Assembly: GCA_945273735.1 (NCBI GenBank)
Contig: CALYPJ010000007.1
Coordinates: 4,970 to 68,969, forward strand
Origin: an uncultured Lactobacillaceae bacterium
Lineage (GTDB): Bacteria > Bacillota > Bacilli > Lactobacillales > Lactobacillaceae
DNA length: 64,000 nucleotides
Direction: 5' to 3'
Part shown: positions 1 through 10,147 of the stretch, piece after piece
How the letters are laid out: the number at the start of each line of letters is the position of its first letter
Position numbering within the stretch: position 1 is the stretch's first letter
Position numbers and translations under genes: made by a program
Notes under the pieces: model-generated
What the model was told of the DNA's origin: nothing
Seen by the model: only the letters and a program-made list of their open reading frames with translations
Database searches by the model: none

Positions 1-1197
1 ACTTATAATTATCCATCATATTTTGACGCCATAATTGAAGAAGCAAAAAGTAATTACAAAATTTCAGAAAACGACTTACTTAATGGCGGGTATAAAATCT
101 ATACGTGTTTAAACCAAAATATGCAGAAAAAAATGGAAAATTACTATTCAAATGAAACCATATTACCTAAAGTGGGGGATACTCAAGCTCAATCGGCTTC
201 AGTCGCTGTCAATGTTAGAGATGGTGGGGTTGAGGCTCTTATTGGAAATGCTAACGATCAAAATCATTTATTTTTAGAATTAAATCGAGTAACACAAATG
301 AGTCGGGCAGCAGGTTCTACTTTAAAACCATTTGCAGTTTATATTCCAGCTTTAACTAAAGGATATAAACCTAATTCACTATTACAGGATAAATTAGTTT
401 CATATGATGGTTATGAACCTAAAAATTATAATAATACTTATTCAGGTAGTGTTACTATGACACAAGCATTAACTGATAGTTTAAATGCTCCGGCTGTGTG
501 GCTATTAGATCAAATAGGATTAAAAACTGGAGTTAATTCGTTAAATGACTTTGGATTTAAAGTTAGTGACAATAAACAAAACCTAGGATTAGCTTTAGGT
601 GATTTAAATGTCACTCCTTTACAAGTTGTTCAGGCTTATCAAATTATTGCTAACAATGGTCAAAAAAAAGAGACTCATTTAATTAATCGTATTGAAAATT
701 CTAATGGTAAAACTATACAGATTTTCAACGACTTTTCTAAAAGTGTAGTTTCACCAAAAATTACTAAACAGGTAACTGAGATGCTTAAAAACGTATTTAA
801 CAATGGTACAGCAGTAGCTGCCAAACCCAATAATTTTGAAGTTGCTGGTAAAACAGGTAGTACACAAACTAAAGAAGGTCTAGGAACTGCTACCAAAGAT
901 CAGTGGATTGTTGGTTTTACTCCTGACTTATGTTTAACTACTTGGGTAGGTTATGATCAACCTAGTGAAGAGCGAAAGCTTATTGATAGTAACTATGCAA
1001 ATTGGACATTTAAAAATATTTTTGAAAGTATTTATAGTGATACTGAGCAAACTTCTTTTAATAAAGAGACTGTCATTCCTAAAAAAGAAAAGCATAATTT
1101 TATAAAAAAAAATATTGATTTATTCCATAATGGAATTAAATCAATTCAAAATGATTTTTCATCATTTTATCGTTCAGTAATAGATTTTTTTAAGTAA
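1..1197 (+). CDS. pbp2A: Class A penicillin-binding protein PBP2A, 5'-truncated by the window edge (transpeptidase domain)
   Basis: Frame is open from base 1. SxxK (GSTLKP), SxN (SLN) and KTG motifs are present; it lies upstream of yhaO-yhaN as in other lactobacilli. Confidence 0.85.
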   Translation, partial: TYNYPSYFDAIIEEAKSNYKISENDLLNGGYKIYTCLNQNMQKKMENYYSNETILPKVGDTQAQSASVAVNVRDGGVEALIGNANDQNHLFLELNRVTQMSRAAGSTLKPFAVYIPALTKGYKPNSLLQDKLVSYDGYEPKNYNNTYSGSVTMTQALTDSLNAPAVWLLDQIGLKTGVNSLNDFGFKVSDNKQNLGLALGDLNVTPLQVVQAYQIIANNGQKKETHLINRIENSNGKTIQIFNDFSKSVVSPKITKQVTEMLKNVFNNGTAVAAKPNNFEVAGKTGSTQTKEGLGTATKDQWIVGFTPDLCLTTWVGYDQPSEERKLIDSNYANWTFKNIFESIYSDTEQTSFNKETVIPKKEKHNFIKKNIDLFHNGIKSIQNDFSSFYRSVIDFFK

Positions 1198-1237
1198 CAT
1201 CGATATAATTTTTTTAGTAATAATTAAGGGGAAAGAC

Positions 1238-2443
1238 ATGAAATTTATTCATACAGCCGATCTTCATTTAGACACACCTTTTCGCGGCCTACAAATTGAA
1301 GATCAACAAATTTTAAAAAAAATTAGAAATTCTACTTTTGTTGCTTTTGAAAATATTGTTGATGTTGCTATTAAAGAACAAGTAGATTTTGTGATTATTT
1401 CAGGAGATTTATATGATCGTAATGTTCAAAGTATTACTGCTCAATTATTTTTGAATGAACAATTTTTACGTTTAAAAGAAAAAGATATTTCAGTTTATTT
1501 AGTTGCCGGGAACCACGATTATATCAAAAGTCAAACCGGTAATTTTGAGTTTCCAGAAAATGTTTTTGTTTTTCCCAAAGAAGTAAAAAGCTTTTATCAT
1601 AATGCAAAAGATGGAACTAAAGTTGAATTAGTTGGATTTAGTTACAGTGACCGCTGGATTACCGACGATATTGCTGCCACTTTTCCCCAAAAACATGTTG
1701 ATTCAGATTATACAATCGGTATTATGCATGCAGCGCTAAAACAAGGTCATAATGATAATTATGCCCCCTTTTCTAAAGATGAACTGTTAGAAAAGGGATA
1801 TGATTATTGGGCTTTGGGACATATTCATGAACGTCAAATTTTGAATAAAGATCCTTATATTATTTATCCTGGTAATACACAAGGTCGTAGTATTAAAGAA
1901 GCAGGAAGTAAAGGATTTTATTTAGTTGAAACGCAAAATAAAATTACTAAAGTTAATTTTTTACCAAGTAATACTATTGAATGGAATCGTTTAGAAATCG
2001 ATGGTAGTGGTTTGATTTCAATGAGTGATGTACAAAGAGAAATTGATTTGAATGTAAATGAATTAAGTCGAAATATTTCTCATTTTGTATATGTTACGAT
2101 TTCTAATGCCGATAACTTACCATTAACTGTTATAAAATCAATTGAAGATGATTCTTTTACTAATAGTTTAACTCCAAGAGTGTTTGAACATAATTATATT
2201 GTCGTAATTAAAATAGTTGTAAAAATAACTAAAAGTAAAGTTTTTTCTGATTTAGATCAAAGCTTTTGGAATCGAAGTGCGGAAAAAGTTTTTTCTCCTG
2301 AGAATTTAGAAAATCAGATTTTACCCTTATTGAAAAACTATCGTTATCTTCAAAATCTTGTTCGAGATCCTAATTTTATCAGTACTTTAAGGGATGATAC
2401 TTTTGAACTAATTAATGAAAGAAAGAATGAGAGCGATCAGTAA
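1238..2443 (+). CDS. yhaO: YhaO-like Mre11/SbcD metallophosphoesterase (DNA repair exonuclease)
   Basis: HTADLHLD, SGDLYD, GNHD and YWALGHIH motifs. Confidence 0.9.
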   Translation: MKFIHTADLHLDTPFRGLQIEDQQILKKIRNSTFVAFENIVDVAIKEQVDFVIISGDLYDRNVQSITAQLFLNEQFLRLKEKDISVYLVAGNHDYIKSQTGNFEFPENVFVFPKEVKSFYHNAKDGTKVELVGFSYSDRWITDDIAATFPQKHVDSDYTIGIMHAALKQGHNDNYAPFSKDELLEKGYDYWALGHIHERQILNKDPYIIYPGNTQGRSIKEAGSKGFYLVETQNKITKVNFLPSNTIEWNRLEIDGSGLISMSDVQREIDLNVNELSRNISHFVYVTISNADNLPLTVIKSIEDDSFTNSLTPRVFEHNYIVVIKIVVKITKSKVFSDLDQSFWNRSAEKVFSPENLENQILPLLKNYRYLQNLVRDPNFISTLRDDTFELINERKNESDQ

Positions 2444-5082
2444 TGAAAATAACAAAAATTAATATTTTTGGTTTTGGTAAATGGATTGATAAAACTTTTG
2501 AGGTATCTGATGATTTTCATATTTTTTATGGATTGAATGAAGCAGGAAAAACAACCCTGAGAACTTTTATCAAAAGTATTTTATTTGGATTTGGCAGAAA
2601 AACTGATAGTGAAAAGTATAAACCTCGATTTGGTTCTTCTTTTGGAGGAGAATTATATGTAACTCAAAATGGGACTGAATATATTATTCGACGCGTGGGC
2701 GGTCTTAGAAGTAGAAGTGGAAGCGTTATCGTTACCTCAAATGGTCGAGAATATGATGAATCTAAGTTATCAGAGTTATTAGGTCCTGCTGATTTGAGTC
2801 TTTATCAAAATATTTTTGAATTTGATGAAAAAGCATTAAATCAAGTATTTAACTTAAAACGGGCAGATTTTACTGATCAAATTTTAAATATTGGAATGAC
2901 TGGATCTCAAAATTGGCTACAATTAAGTAATAATTTAATTAATGATGCAGGAAGTATTTTTAAGCCTTCAGGAACTAAACCAATTTTAAATGTTGAAATG
3001 AAAGAACATCGAGATTTACAAAAGAAAGTTAACGAGGCTGCTAAAGAAAATAACTTATTTATTACTCTTCAGGAAAGTAATAAAGAATTAAATGATAATA
3101 AAAAACGAATTCATCTAGAATTAGAGGATCGAAAAAGCGAAAATCAAAAATATGAACAACTTTGTGATAATTGGGATAATTACCAAGAATATTTAAAATT
3201 AACAAAAGCTTTAGCTAATCGTCGAAATTTAGATGTAGATCTTTACGATAATTTTATGCAAGTAAAGCAGAGTTTTAACAATGCTAAAGAGGATTTAAGA
3301 GTAGCACAGCAAGAGGTTAATAAAATTAATAGAAATACTTTAATTAATAATCCTCGTTTTGCCTTTTATGAAGAAAATCAAACTAAATTTGATCAATTGC
3401 ATGAGCCACTAAAAGAAATAACAAATCTTCAAGAAAATAATGATAAATTAATTAGTGAAATTAATCAATTAGAAAAAGAAAAAAAAGAAATTTTAAATAA
3501 TAATTCCTTTACTGAAGAGACCCGTGAGATGTCGGAGAGTGATTATCAAGAGGGATTAAAATTGAAAAGGAATTATGATGAACTACAAGATGTTTATATC
3601 AACTTACAAAATCAAGTATCTGATATAGAGTCTAATAAAACTTCACGAAGTATTCCAAGGACAAGAAATCAAAAAAATTTGACGCCTACATTAATGATTC
3701 TTTTAGTTGGGTTGATCGTAGCACTTATAGGTATTTTTATGGGTCCTACTGGTCATATTGTTAGCTTAGTTGCAGTAGCTGTTGGTTTAATTGGTGGAGG
3801 GGTAAGTTATTACTTTGCCCCTGAAAAAAAAGAAAATTTATCTGATGATAATAATGATGAGCTTACTGATACAAAATTAAATGATGAGTTGCGTCATGTA
3901 AATCAGAGAATGCAAGAAATTGTTCGTAATTTAACTGATTTAAAGGATAAATACGAATATGAATTTCCAATCGATACATTTTTAAATTTCCAAAGAGATC
4001 TTCATAAATTGTATCAAGATACTAAGACTATCAATACTTCTATTAAAAAACAGAGCAGTATTCAAAAACAAATTTTAAATTATTTAAACCAGTTTAATTT
4101 TGCTAAAAATTGGATTCAAATATCTTCAGAAAATATGAATCAGTCAGTTCAAAAAATTAATGATTTCTATAGTGATATGATAAATTTGTCTACAATTAAT
4201 GCTAAAAATAATGAAGAGAAAAAATTTTATAATAAAAAAATTAATAATTTAAGTTTTAAAATGGATGATGCTAATAAAGAAATGGCTAAACTGCTCAATG
4301 AAAATGGTTTGAAATCAGAAATGGAATTGGAAGTTTATCATCATGATTTATTAAATCGAGAAAAACAAAGGGAAAAGTTAAAGATTTATGAAAATAATTT
4401 AAGTAATCTGCTACCTAGATTGACTAATTATGAAAATTTAGAACAACTTAATTTTTCAAAAAAACAGAATTTAGATAAGATTCAAAATCTATCAAACCAA
4501 GAAAAAGAGATTAATCAGAAAATTTTAGATAATCAAGCAAAATTAAATATGGTTATTGATACTAAACAATATGATCGATTACGCCAAGAATTAGCTAATT
4601 TAGAATCACAAATTGAAACTTTAACTAAATCATGGTTAACAAATTATTTGGGAAGTAGTTGGATTAAAGAGGCTTTAGATGAAGCAACTCAAGAAAGATT
4701 TCCTAAAATTATTGAACATGCTACTAGTTATTTTAATTTATTAACAAATGGACGTTATAATGGTATTCATTTTGAGGGTGATTCGCTCAATGTAGAGCGT
4801 AATGATAATCAAACCTTCGATATTTCTCAATTATCACAAGGAACTGCTGAACAACTTTATGTTTCATTACGTTTTTCATTTGCTATTAGTTTTTTAGATA
4901 AAATTCAATTACCATTAATTATTGATGATGCATTTATTAATTTTGATGTAATTAGACGTGCTAAAGTAATTGAATTAATTCAAAAGCTCAAATCTTCGAC
5001 ACAATTACTATTTTTTACAACTGATTTAGGTATACGTAATCAGTTCATTGCTTCTAATCATTTAACAGAATTAGTTGTTTAA
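2443..5082 (+). CDS. yhaN: YhaN-like Rad50/SbcC-type ATPase with coiled coil and central TM pair
   Basis: Walker A GLNEAGKTT, signature LSQGTAEQ, Walker B IIDDAFINFD; coupled to yhaO by a TAATG overlap. Confidence 0.88.
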   Translation: MKITKINIFGFGKWIDKTFEVSDDFHIFYGLNEAGKTTLRTFIKSILFGFGRKTDSEKYKPRFGSSFGGELYVTQNGTEYIIRRVGGLRSRSGSVIVTSNGREYDESKLSELLGPADLSLYQNIFEFDEKALNQVFNLKRADFTDQILNIGMTGSQNWLQLSNNLINDAGSIFKPSGTKPILNVEMKEHRDLQKKVNEAAKENNLFITLQESNKELNDNKKRIHLELEDRKSENQKYEQLCDNWDNYQEYLKLTKALANRRNLDVDLYDNFMQVKQSFNNAKEDLRVAQQEVNKINRNTLINNPRFAFYEENQTKFDQLHEPLKEITNLQENNDKLISEINQLEKEKKEILNNNSFTEETREMSESDYQEGLKLKRNYDELQDVYINLQNQVSDIESNKTSRSIPRTRNQKNLTPTLMILLVGLIVALIGIFMGPTGHIVSLVAVAVGLIGGGVSYYFAPEKKENLSDDNNDELTDTKLNDELRHVNQRMQEIVRNLTDLKDKYEYEFPIDTFLNFQRDLHKLYQDTKTINTSIKKQSSIQKQILNYLNQFNFAKNWIQISSENMNQSVQKINDFYSDMINLSTINAKNNEEKKFYNKKINNLSFKMDDANKEMAKLLNENGLKSEMELEVYHHDLLNREKQREKLKIYENNLSNLLPRLTNYENLEQLNFSKKQNLDKIQNLSNQEKEINQKILDNQAKLNMVIDTKQYDRLRQELANLESQIETLTKSWLTNYLGSSWIKEALDEATQERFPKIIEHATSYFNLLTNGRYNGIHFEGDSLNVERNDNQTFDISQLSQGTAEQLYVSLRFSFAISFLDKIQLPLIIDDAFINFDVIRRAKVIELIQKLKSSTQLLFFTTDLGIRNQFIASNHLTELVV

Positions 5083-5105
5083 TTAAATAAAATTCAATAT
5101 TTTAT

Positions 5106-5143
5106 CCTCCAATAATTAAAAATAAATTATTGGAGGGTTTTTT
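5106..5143 (+). terminator. Intrinsic terminator of yhaO-yhaN
   Basis: CCTCCAATAATT...AATTATTGGAGG stem followed by a T-tract. Confidence 0.8.
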
Positions 5144-5359
5144 ATTTAATTAAAAGGCAAAATAAATGGTTATTTTTATTTAATATAGACTAATTTTATT
5201 ATGATTTTTCAAAGTTATAAACAATGTAATAAAGTTGGATCAATAATAAACTCTTTCAAATTAGCATAAAATAAAAGTCAATTTTTTAATAAAAAAAAGA
5301 TGATACCGAATAAGTTATAATATTTCATAGTTGGGTTCTACAGATTTATAAATTAGATC

Positions 5360-5397
5360 AAAAAAACTTCGTTTATAATGCCTAATTAACGAAGTTT
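5360..5397 (-). terminator. Probable prsA terminator
   Basis: AAACTTCGTT-N14-AACGAAGTTT inverted repeat preceded by an A-tract on + (U-tract on -). Confidence 0.6.
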
Positions 5398-5446
5398 CAT
5401 TTATATTTTAAAAATAATTTATTTATAATAAGCAATCTAATTATTT

Positions 5447-6397
5447 TTACTTATTACTATTTTGGCTCATCCCTGTTTGTGATTGTTTTGGTGTTTCATA
5501 GAATGATGATAAAACATCTTTCATATCTTTATCAACTACTTTTGCGTCAACTTCTTTAAGAACTTTGCCAAAAATTGGATTCATAATTGTTGTATCTCTT
5601 TCCCATTGAGAATAAATCTGATTGGTTAATTCTTTTTTATGATCAGATAAACTACCTTTTTCAGGTTTTTTCAATAATCGAATAATAAAATAACCATTAC
5701 CTGAAGAATATTTAACAGGTTCTTTAGTATATTCGCCAGCTTTGTTTAACTTAGCTGCTGCTGCAGTAAAATTAGGATCTAAGTTACCTGAAGATGATTT
5801 TGGATCAAAAGGTGATAATTTACCATTATTATTTTTAGAAGAAGGATCTTGGGAGTATTCTTTAGCTAACTTACCGAAGTTTTCTTCTGTAGGATCTGCC
5901 TCAAATTTCTTTAAAACATCTTTAGCTGTATTTTCATCTTTAGCTAAAATAAATTGAACAGAAATTTTAGGTGAATAGTTTTTCCATGCATCATCCAAAG
6001 CAGTTTTAAATTTTTTACTAGAGGTTGGCTGCTTATCTTTTAAAGCTGCCGAAGCTAAAAGTTGATTTTTAATAACCTTCTTATAAGATGATTCTGTATA
6101 ACCACTTTGTTTAAGAACAGTGGGTAGTGAAGAACCATATTGGTTTTCTAATTTCTTATACTGAGCATTTATTTGAGATTTTTTAACTTTACTACCATAT
6201 TTTTGATCCAATGCATCTGATAAAATAAGATTCTGCAAAGTGGTTTTTCCAGCATTGGAATCTTTTAGTGCTGAATAATAATCATCTTGCGTTATAGTTT
6301 TACCTTTCATTGTAGCAACAGTTTTGCTAGTACTAGAACAACCGACAAGCAGGAGTGAAACTGATAAAATTGTACCTGCTAAAAACTTTTTTTGCAT
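5447..6397 (-). CDS. prsA: PrsA peptidyl-prolyl isomerase/foldase lipoprotein
   Basis: Lipobox LVGC; parvulin-like FGKLAKEYSQDPSSKNNNGKL; synteny with hit/ecsAB. Confidence 0.92.
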   Translation of the reverse strand: MQKKFLAGTILSVSLLLVGCSSTSKTVATMKGKTITQDDYYSALKDSNAGKTTLQNLILSDALDQKYGSKVKKSQINAQYKKLENQYGSSLPTVLKQSGYTESSYKKVIKNQLLASAALKDKQPTSSKKFKTALDDAWKNYSPKISVQFILAKDENTAKDVLKKFEADPTEENFGKLAKEYSQDPSSKNNNGKLSPFDPKSSSGNLDPNFTAAAAKLNKAGEYTKEPVKYSSGNGYFIIRLLKKPEKGSLSDHKKELTNQIYSQWERDTTIMNPIFGKVLKEVDAKVVDKDMKDVLSSFYETPKQSQTGMSQNSNK

Positions 6398-6482
6398 GTA
6401 TTTACTTCCTAATTAATTTTTTTTCACAACAAAAGAAATTCTATCATATTTGGCTCAAAACCGCAAAAAAGCTAATAAACTG

Positions 6483-6800
6483 TTAAAGTTTATTTTTCTT
6501 TGTTTGCATAACTCCTTTTGCTAACTTTTTTTCTATAACTTCCAATTTAAGATTAGTAATATATGTAAAATCTTTTAAATTTTTTGATAATTCTTTCATA
6601 ACGGGAATAATAACATTCTGCTTTTCTTGAAGAACCTTATCAAATTTTTTATTTAAATCATCATATTTATTTAAAATATTTTCAGTACTATTATCTATAT
6701 CTTGTATCCACTCTTGGTTTTCTTTTTTATTAAGAAAATCATAAATACTATAAGCTATTAGAGTTACACTTCCAACTAAAATAATTTTTTTAAATTTCAT
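6483..6800 (-). CDS. Small membrane-anchored coiled-coil protein (YtxH-like position)
   Basis: N-terminal hydrophobic segment plus helical tail; conserved slot between hit and prsA. Confidence 0.6.
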   Translation of the reverse strand: MKFKKIILVGSVTLIAYSIYDFLNKKENQEWIQDIDNSTENILNKYDDLNKKFDKVLQEKQNVIIPVMKELSKNLKDFTYITNLKLEVIEKKLAKGVMQTKKNKL

Positions 6801-7224
6801 TTTTTATTTGCTTACTAATACTCTGCGCTAGTTTATTTAAAACTTCCGCGCTATAATTTTTACTGTTATCATGAAACTTCAAGGTAAAAGTGTCTTTCTC
6901 GTTATACCGAGGAATAAAGTGAAAATGAGAATGAAAGACCGCTTGACCTGCTATTTTTCCATTATTACTAATTAAATTTAAACCATTAAGATTAGGTAAA
7001 ACTTTTTTTAAAGCTTGAGCAATCAAAGGAATTTTTCCTAAAACACTTTGTGCTAGGGTTTGATCATAAGCAAAGATATCTTTTACATGTTTTTTAGGTA
7101 TTAATAAAGTATGACCTGGGGTGGTTTGGGAAATATCTAAAAAAGCATACACATCCTCATCTTCATATACTTTATAACTTGGAATTTCATTATTAATGAT
7201 TTTACAAAAAATACAATCTTTCAA
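6790..7224 (-). CDS. hit: HIT family hydrolase
   Basis: DCIFCKII, PGHTLLIPKKH and HSHFHFIPR histidine triad; TTG start with GGAG SD. Confidence 0.95.
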   Translation of the reverse strand: MKDCIFCKIINNEIPSYKVYEDEDVYAFLDISQTTPGHTLLIPKKHVKDIFAYDQTLAQSVLGKIPLIAQALKKVLPNLNGLNLISNNGKIAGQAVFHSHFHFIPRYNEKDTFTLKFHDNSKNYSAEVLNKLAQSISKQIKNEI

Positions 7225-7246
7225 AATTAACTCCTAAAGGTAAAAT

Positions 7247-7978
7247 ATGACTCTTAAATTATCACACGTAAATGGTGGATATTCAAATTTATTAATTCTG
7301 CGTGATCTCAGTTTTGAAATAAATTCAGGGGAAGTTGTAGCTCTAATGGGTTTAAATGGAGCTGGCAAATCAACTACAATCAAACATATTATGGGTATAC
7401 TAACACCTATATCAGGTGAAATTACTTTAGATGGTGTATCAAGAGATCGTGACTTTTCAGTTTATGAAAAACAAATTGCTTATGTACCTGAACAGCCAGT
7501 TTTTTATCGTCAACTAACTTTAGAAGAGCATCTTGATTTAGTTATGAACGTTTATGATCAAAGGAATCCTCAAACTCAAAATCGTGCTCAAAAATTATTA
7601 GAAATGTTTCGTTTAGATGATAAACGGGATTGGTTACCAATTCATTTTTCTAAGGGTATGCAACAAAAGATGCTACTAACTTGTGCTTTTATGCTTGATT
7701 CCAAACTAATCGTCATTGATGAACCATTTGTAGGATTAGATCCAGTAGCAATTGATGATTTGTTAAATCTAATTCATGAACGTAAAAAACAAGGGAAAGC
7801 AATTCTAATTTCAACTCATATTTTAAATAACGCTCAAAATGTCGCAGATCGTTTCATTTTATTAAAGCAAGGTAAAATTAAAGTACAAGGTAACTTAAAA
7901 GAAATAAATAATTACTTTTCGTTAAATAACGCTAGTCTAGAAAACATTTATTTAAAAATTGCTAAAGGTGAGCTTTAA
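7247..7978 (+). CDS. ecsA: EcsA ABC transporter ATP-binding protein
   Basis: GLNGAGKSTT, FSKGMQQK, IDEPFVGLDP. Confidence 0.92.
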   Translation: MTLKLSHVNGGYSNLLILRDLSFEINSGEVVALMGLNGAGKSTTIKHIMGILTPISGEITLDGVSRDRDFSVYEKQIAYVPEQPVFYRQLTLEEHLDLVMNVYDQRNPQTQNRAQKLLEMFRLDDKRDWLPIHFSKGMQQKMLLTCAFMLDSKLIVIDEPFVGLDPVAIDDLLNLIHERKKQGKAILISTHILNNAQNVADRFILLKQGKIKVQGNLKEINNYFSLNNASLENIYLKIAKGEL

Positions 7979-9190
7979 ATGAAAAGTATTTTTAAGAATC
8001 GACAACGAACTAACTTTAAAAAAAATTCAAAATATTTACCTTATGTTTTCAATGATCATTTTATTTTAATAGTAATAATATTAATCGGTTATTTAGCTTA
8101 TTTATATGCAAATAATTTAAAAATTATTTTACAAATTAAACCATTTATTTTACAAGTTCTCATAATCTTTCTGTTATTTTTTGAATTACATAGTTTTAAG
8201 TTTGTTACATATTTGGAAAAACCAGACCAAAATTTTTTACTTCCTATTATAAATCACATCAATGATAGTTTTGTTTTTGCAACGGTTTATAGTTTAATTT
8301 TACCTGTATTTACATTTACATTTACAGCAATTATTCTGACACCGATATTACATGGCATAAACTCTAGTTTTAATTTTTTATCCATTTTAATCTTGATTTT
8401 TGGCTTAACCATTTTGCAATGGGCAATATTTATTTGCTTTCAACAAAAAATTTATGGCAAAATAAAAGATAAAGGTTTTTTAATATGTAAAGAAATTATT
8501 TTAGTATGTACCTTAGCTTTAATTTTTTTACCTTGTGATTGGCTGTTTTTGTTAATTACATTAACTGAGGTAATTCTACTTAAATGTTACGATCATTTAA
8601 AACCCAACAGTATTTTGCAAATTAATATTGCAATTTCTGAAGAAGAAAAAAGGCAGAGCCGGATTTTAAGACTATTTAGTCTTTTCATTGATCTTCCTAA
8701 TAAACAAATTCCAGTTAAAAGACGAAAATATTTAGATTTTTTTAAAAAATTTAATTCAAATTTGCAGAATCTATTTTTGTTGACATTTCTTAGATCAGGA
8801 AATTATTTGGGGTTATTTTTGCGAATTTTGATTATTAATTACATTGTTAATTTTTTTGTTAAAGACTTTATCGTTGCAATAGTTATTAATTTTACTCTAT
8901 TATATTTACTTTTATTTCAATTAATTCCAATTTATCAGCAAACGATAGATAATATTTATATTAATATTTTTCCGATTGCTAAATTAAAATGGCAGAGATT
9001 TTTTAGAAATTGGTTAAACAAAGTAGGATATATTTATATACTACTTAATGTAATAATAATGATTTTAGTTTCACCAGAACATTATTTAATTTATTTAACT
9101 TATTTAATTGGAGGGTTGATTTTAATAAATTTAATGACTAAAATTTATTTTCCTTTGAGAGAAAAAAAGGTAAGAAGTAATGCGAATTAA
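7979..9190 (+). CDS. ecsB: EcsB ABC transporter permease
   Basis: KYLPYVFNDHF and KRRKYLD motifs; multi-TM; follows ecsA. Confidence 0.9.
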   Translation: MKSIFKNRQRTNFKKNSKYLPYVFNDHFILIVIILIGYLAYLYANNLKIILQIKPFILQVLIIFLLFFELHSFKFVTYLEKPDQNFLLPIINHINDSFVFATVYSLILPVFTFTFTAIILTPILHGINSSFNFLSILILIFGLTILQWAIFICFQQKIYGKIKDKGFLICKEIILVCTLALIFLPCDWLFLLITLTEVILLKCYDHLKPNSILQINIAISEEEKRQSRILRLFSLFIDLPNKQIPVKRRKYLDFFKKFNSNLQNLFLLTFLRSGNYLGLFLRILIINYIVNFFVKDFIVAIVINFTLLYLLLFQLIPIYQQTIDNIYINIFPIAKLKWQRFFRNWLNKVGYIYILLNVIIMILVSPEHYLIYLTYLIGGLILINLMTKIYFPLREKKVRSNAN

Positions 9191-9833
9191 AAAACGCCCT
9201 TGGGCTAAAGAACTATATGAAAATAATCAAGATTTTTATCAAAAATTCCCTGAAAACTTAAAAGGAAATTGGCAGAATTATTTTGAAAACTCAGCTCCTA
9301 TTGAATTAGAAATTGGTTCTGGGAAGGGGGGATTTATTACTCAGCTGGCCAAGAAAGAACCAAAAAAAAATTTTATTGCAATGGAAATTAATGAGATGGC
9401 ATTAGCTTTTTTATTACGTAAACAAATTGCTAATCCTCTGCCAAATTTAAGATTAGTTATTGGTAATGCTCATGAAATTGAACGTTATTTTACTATGGGA
9501 GAAATTGCTAATATTTATTTGAATTTCTCAGATCCATGGCCTAAAAAGCGACATGCAAAAAGACGTTTGACTTCACCTGAATTTCTAAAAAAATATCAAA
9601 ATATTTTACAAAAAGGTGGGAAAATTCATTTCAAAACGGATAATGAAAATTTATTTGCATATTCTGTAAAAGCGATTGCCAATGAATCAAACTTATTTTT
9701 AAACTATTTAACTTTTGATTTACATCATAGTGAATACAGTGAAGAAAATATTGTAACTGAATATGAACAAAAGTTTTCCAAGAATGGAAGCAGAATTTTT
9801 ATGTTAGAAGCACAATACTTAAGGAGATGTTAA
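9180..9833 (+). CDS. trmB: tRNA (guanine-N7)-methyltransferase TrmB
   Basis: LEIGSGKGGF, NFSDPWPKKRHAKRRLT, TEYEQKF. Confidence 0.96.
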   Translation: MRIKKRPWAKELYENNQDFYQKFPENLKGNWQNYFENSAPIELEIGSGKGGFITQLAKKEPKKNFIAMEINEMALAFLLRKQIANPLPNLRLVIGNAHEIERYFTMGEIANIYLNFSDPWPKKRHAKRRLTSPEFLKKYQNILQKGGKIHFKTDNENLFAYSVKAIANESNLFLNYLTFDLHHSEYSEENIVTEYEQKFSKNGSRIFMLEAQYLRRC

Positions 9834-9835
9834 TT

Positions 9836-10147
9836 ATGAAAAAATATGATCCATCATCGACAAATTTACAAATCGGGTTAAAAATCTTAACTTTTACGGC
9901 TACGTGGTGTGGTGATTGTAAATTTATAGAGCCATTTATGCCTATTATTGAAAAAAATAATCCTAATTTTGAGTTTATTGAAGTGGATATTGATAAATAT
10001 TCCGAATTGGCTAATAATTTTAGAATTAAAGGGATTCCAAGTTTTGTTGCAATTAATGAAGGTGAAGAAATTGGGCGCTTTGTTAATGGTGATCGTAAAA
10101 CTAAGCCTGAAATTGAAAACTTTATTAAAGGATTAAGTGTTAAATGA
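9836..10147 (+). CDS. ytpP: Thioredoxin-like protein (YtpP)
   Basis: WCGDC active site and GIPSF; AAGGAG SD favours the ATG at 9836. Confidence 0.85.
   Translation: MKKYDPSSTNLQIGLKILTFTATWCGDCKFIEPFMPIIEKNNPNFEFIEVDIDKYSELANNFRIKGIPSFVAINEGEEIGRFVNGDRKTKPEIENFIKGLSVK

Noticed and set aside
1238-5082. Nuclease plus SMC-like ATPase as a novel defence system
   Set aside because: Motifs and synteny match the widespread yhaO-yhaN pair.
5312-5360. Purine-riboswitch-like words (TATAAT...GTTCTAC...TAAA)
   Set aside because: Spacing is too short for P2, there is no convincing P1/P3 pairing, and no + strand gene lies downstream.
5363-5398. loxP/XerC-arm-like inverted repeat ACTTCGTT...AACGAAGT
   Set aside because: The spacer does not fit lox (8 bp) or dif (6 bp), no recombinase is nearby, and the position and A-tract fit the prsA terminator.
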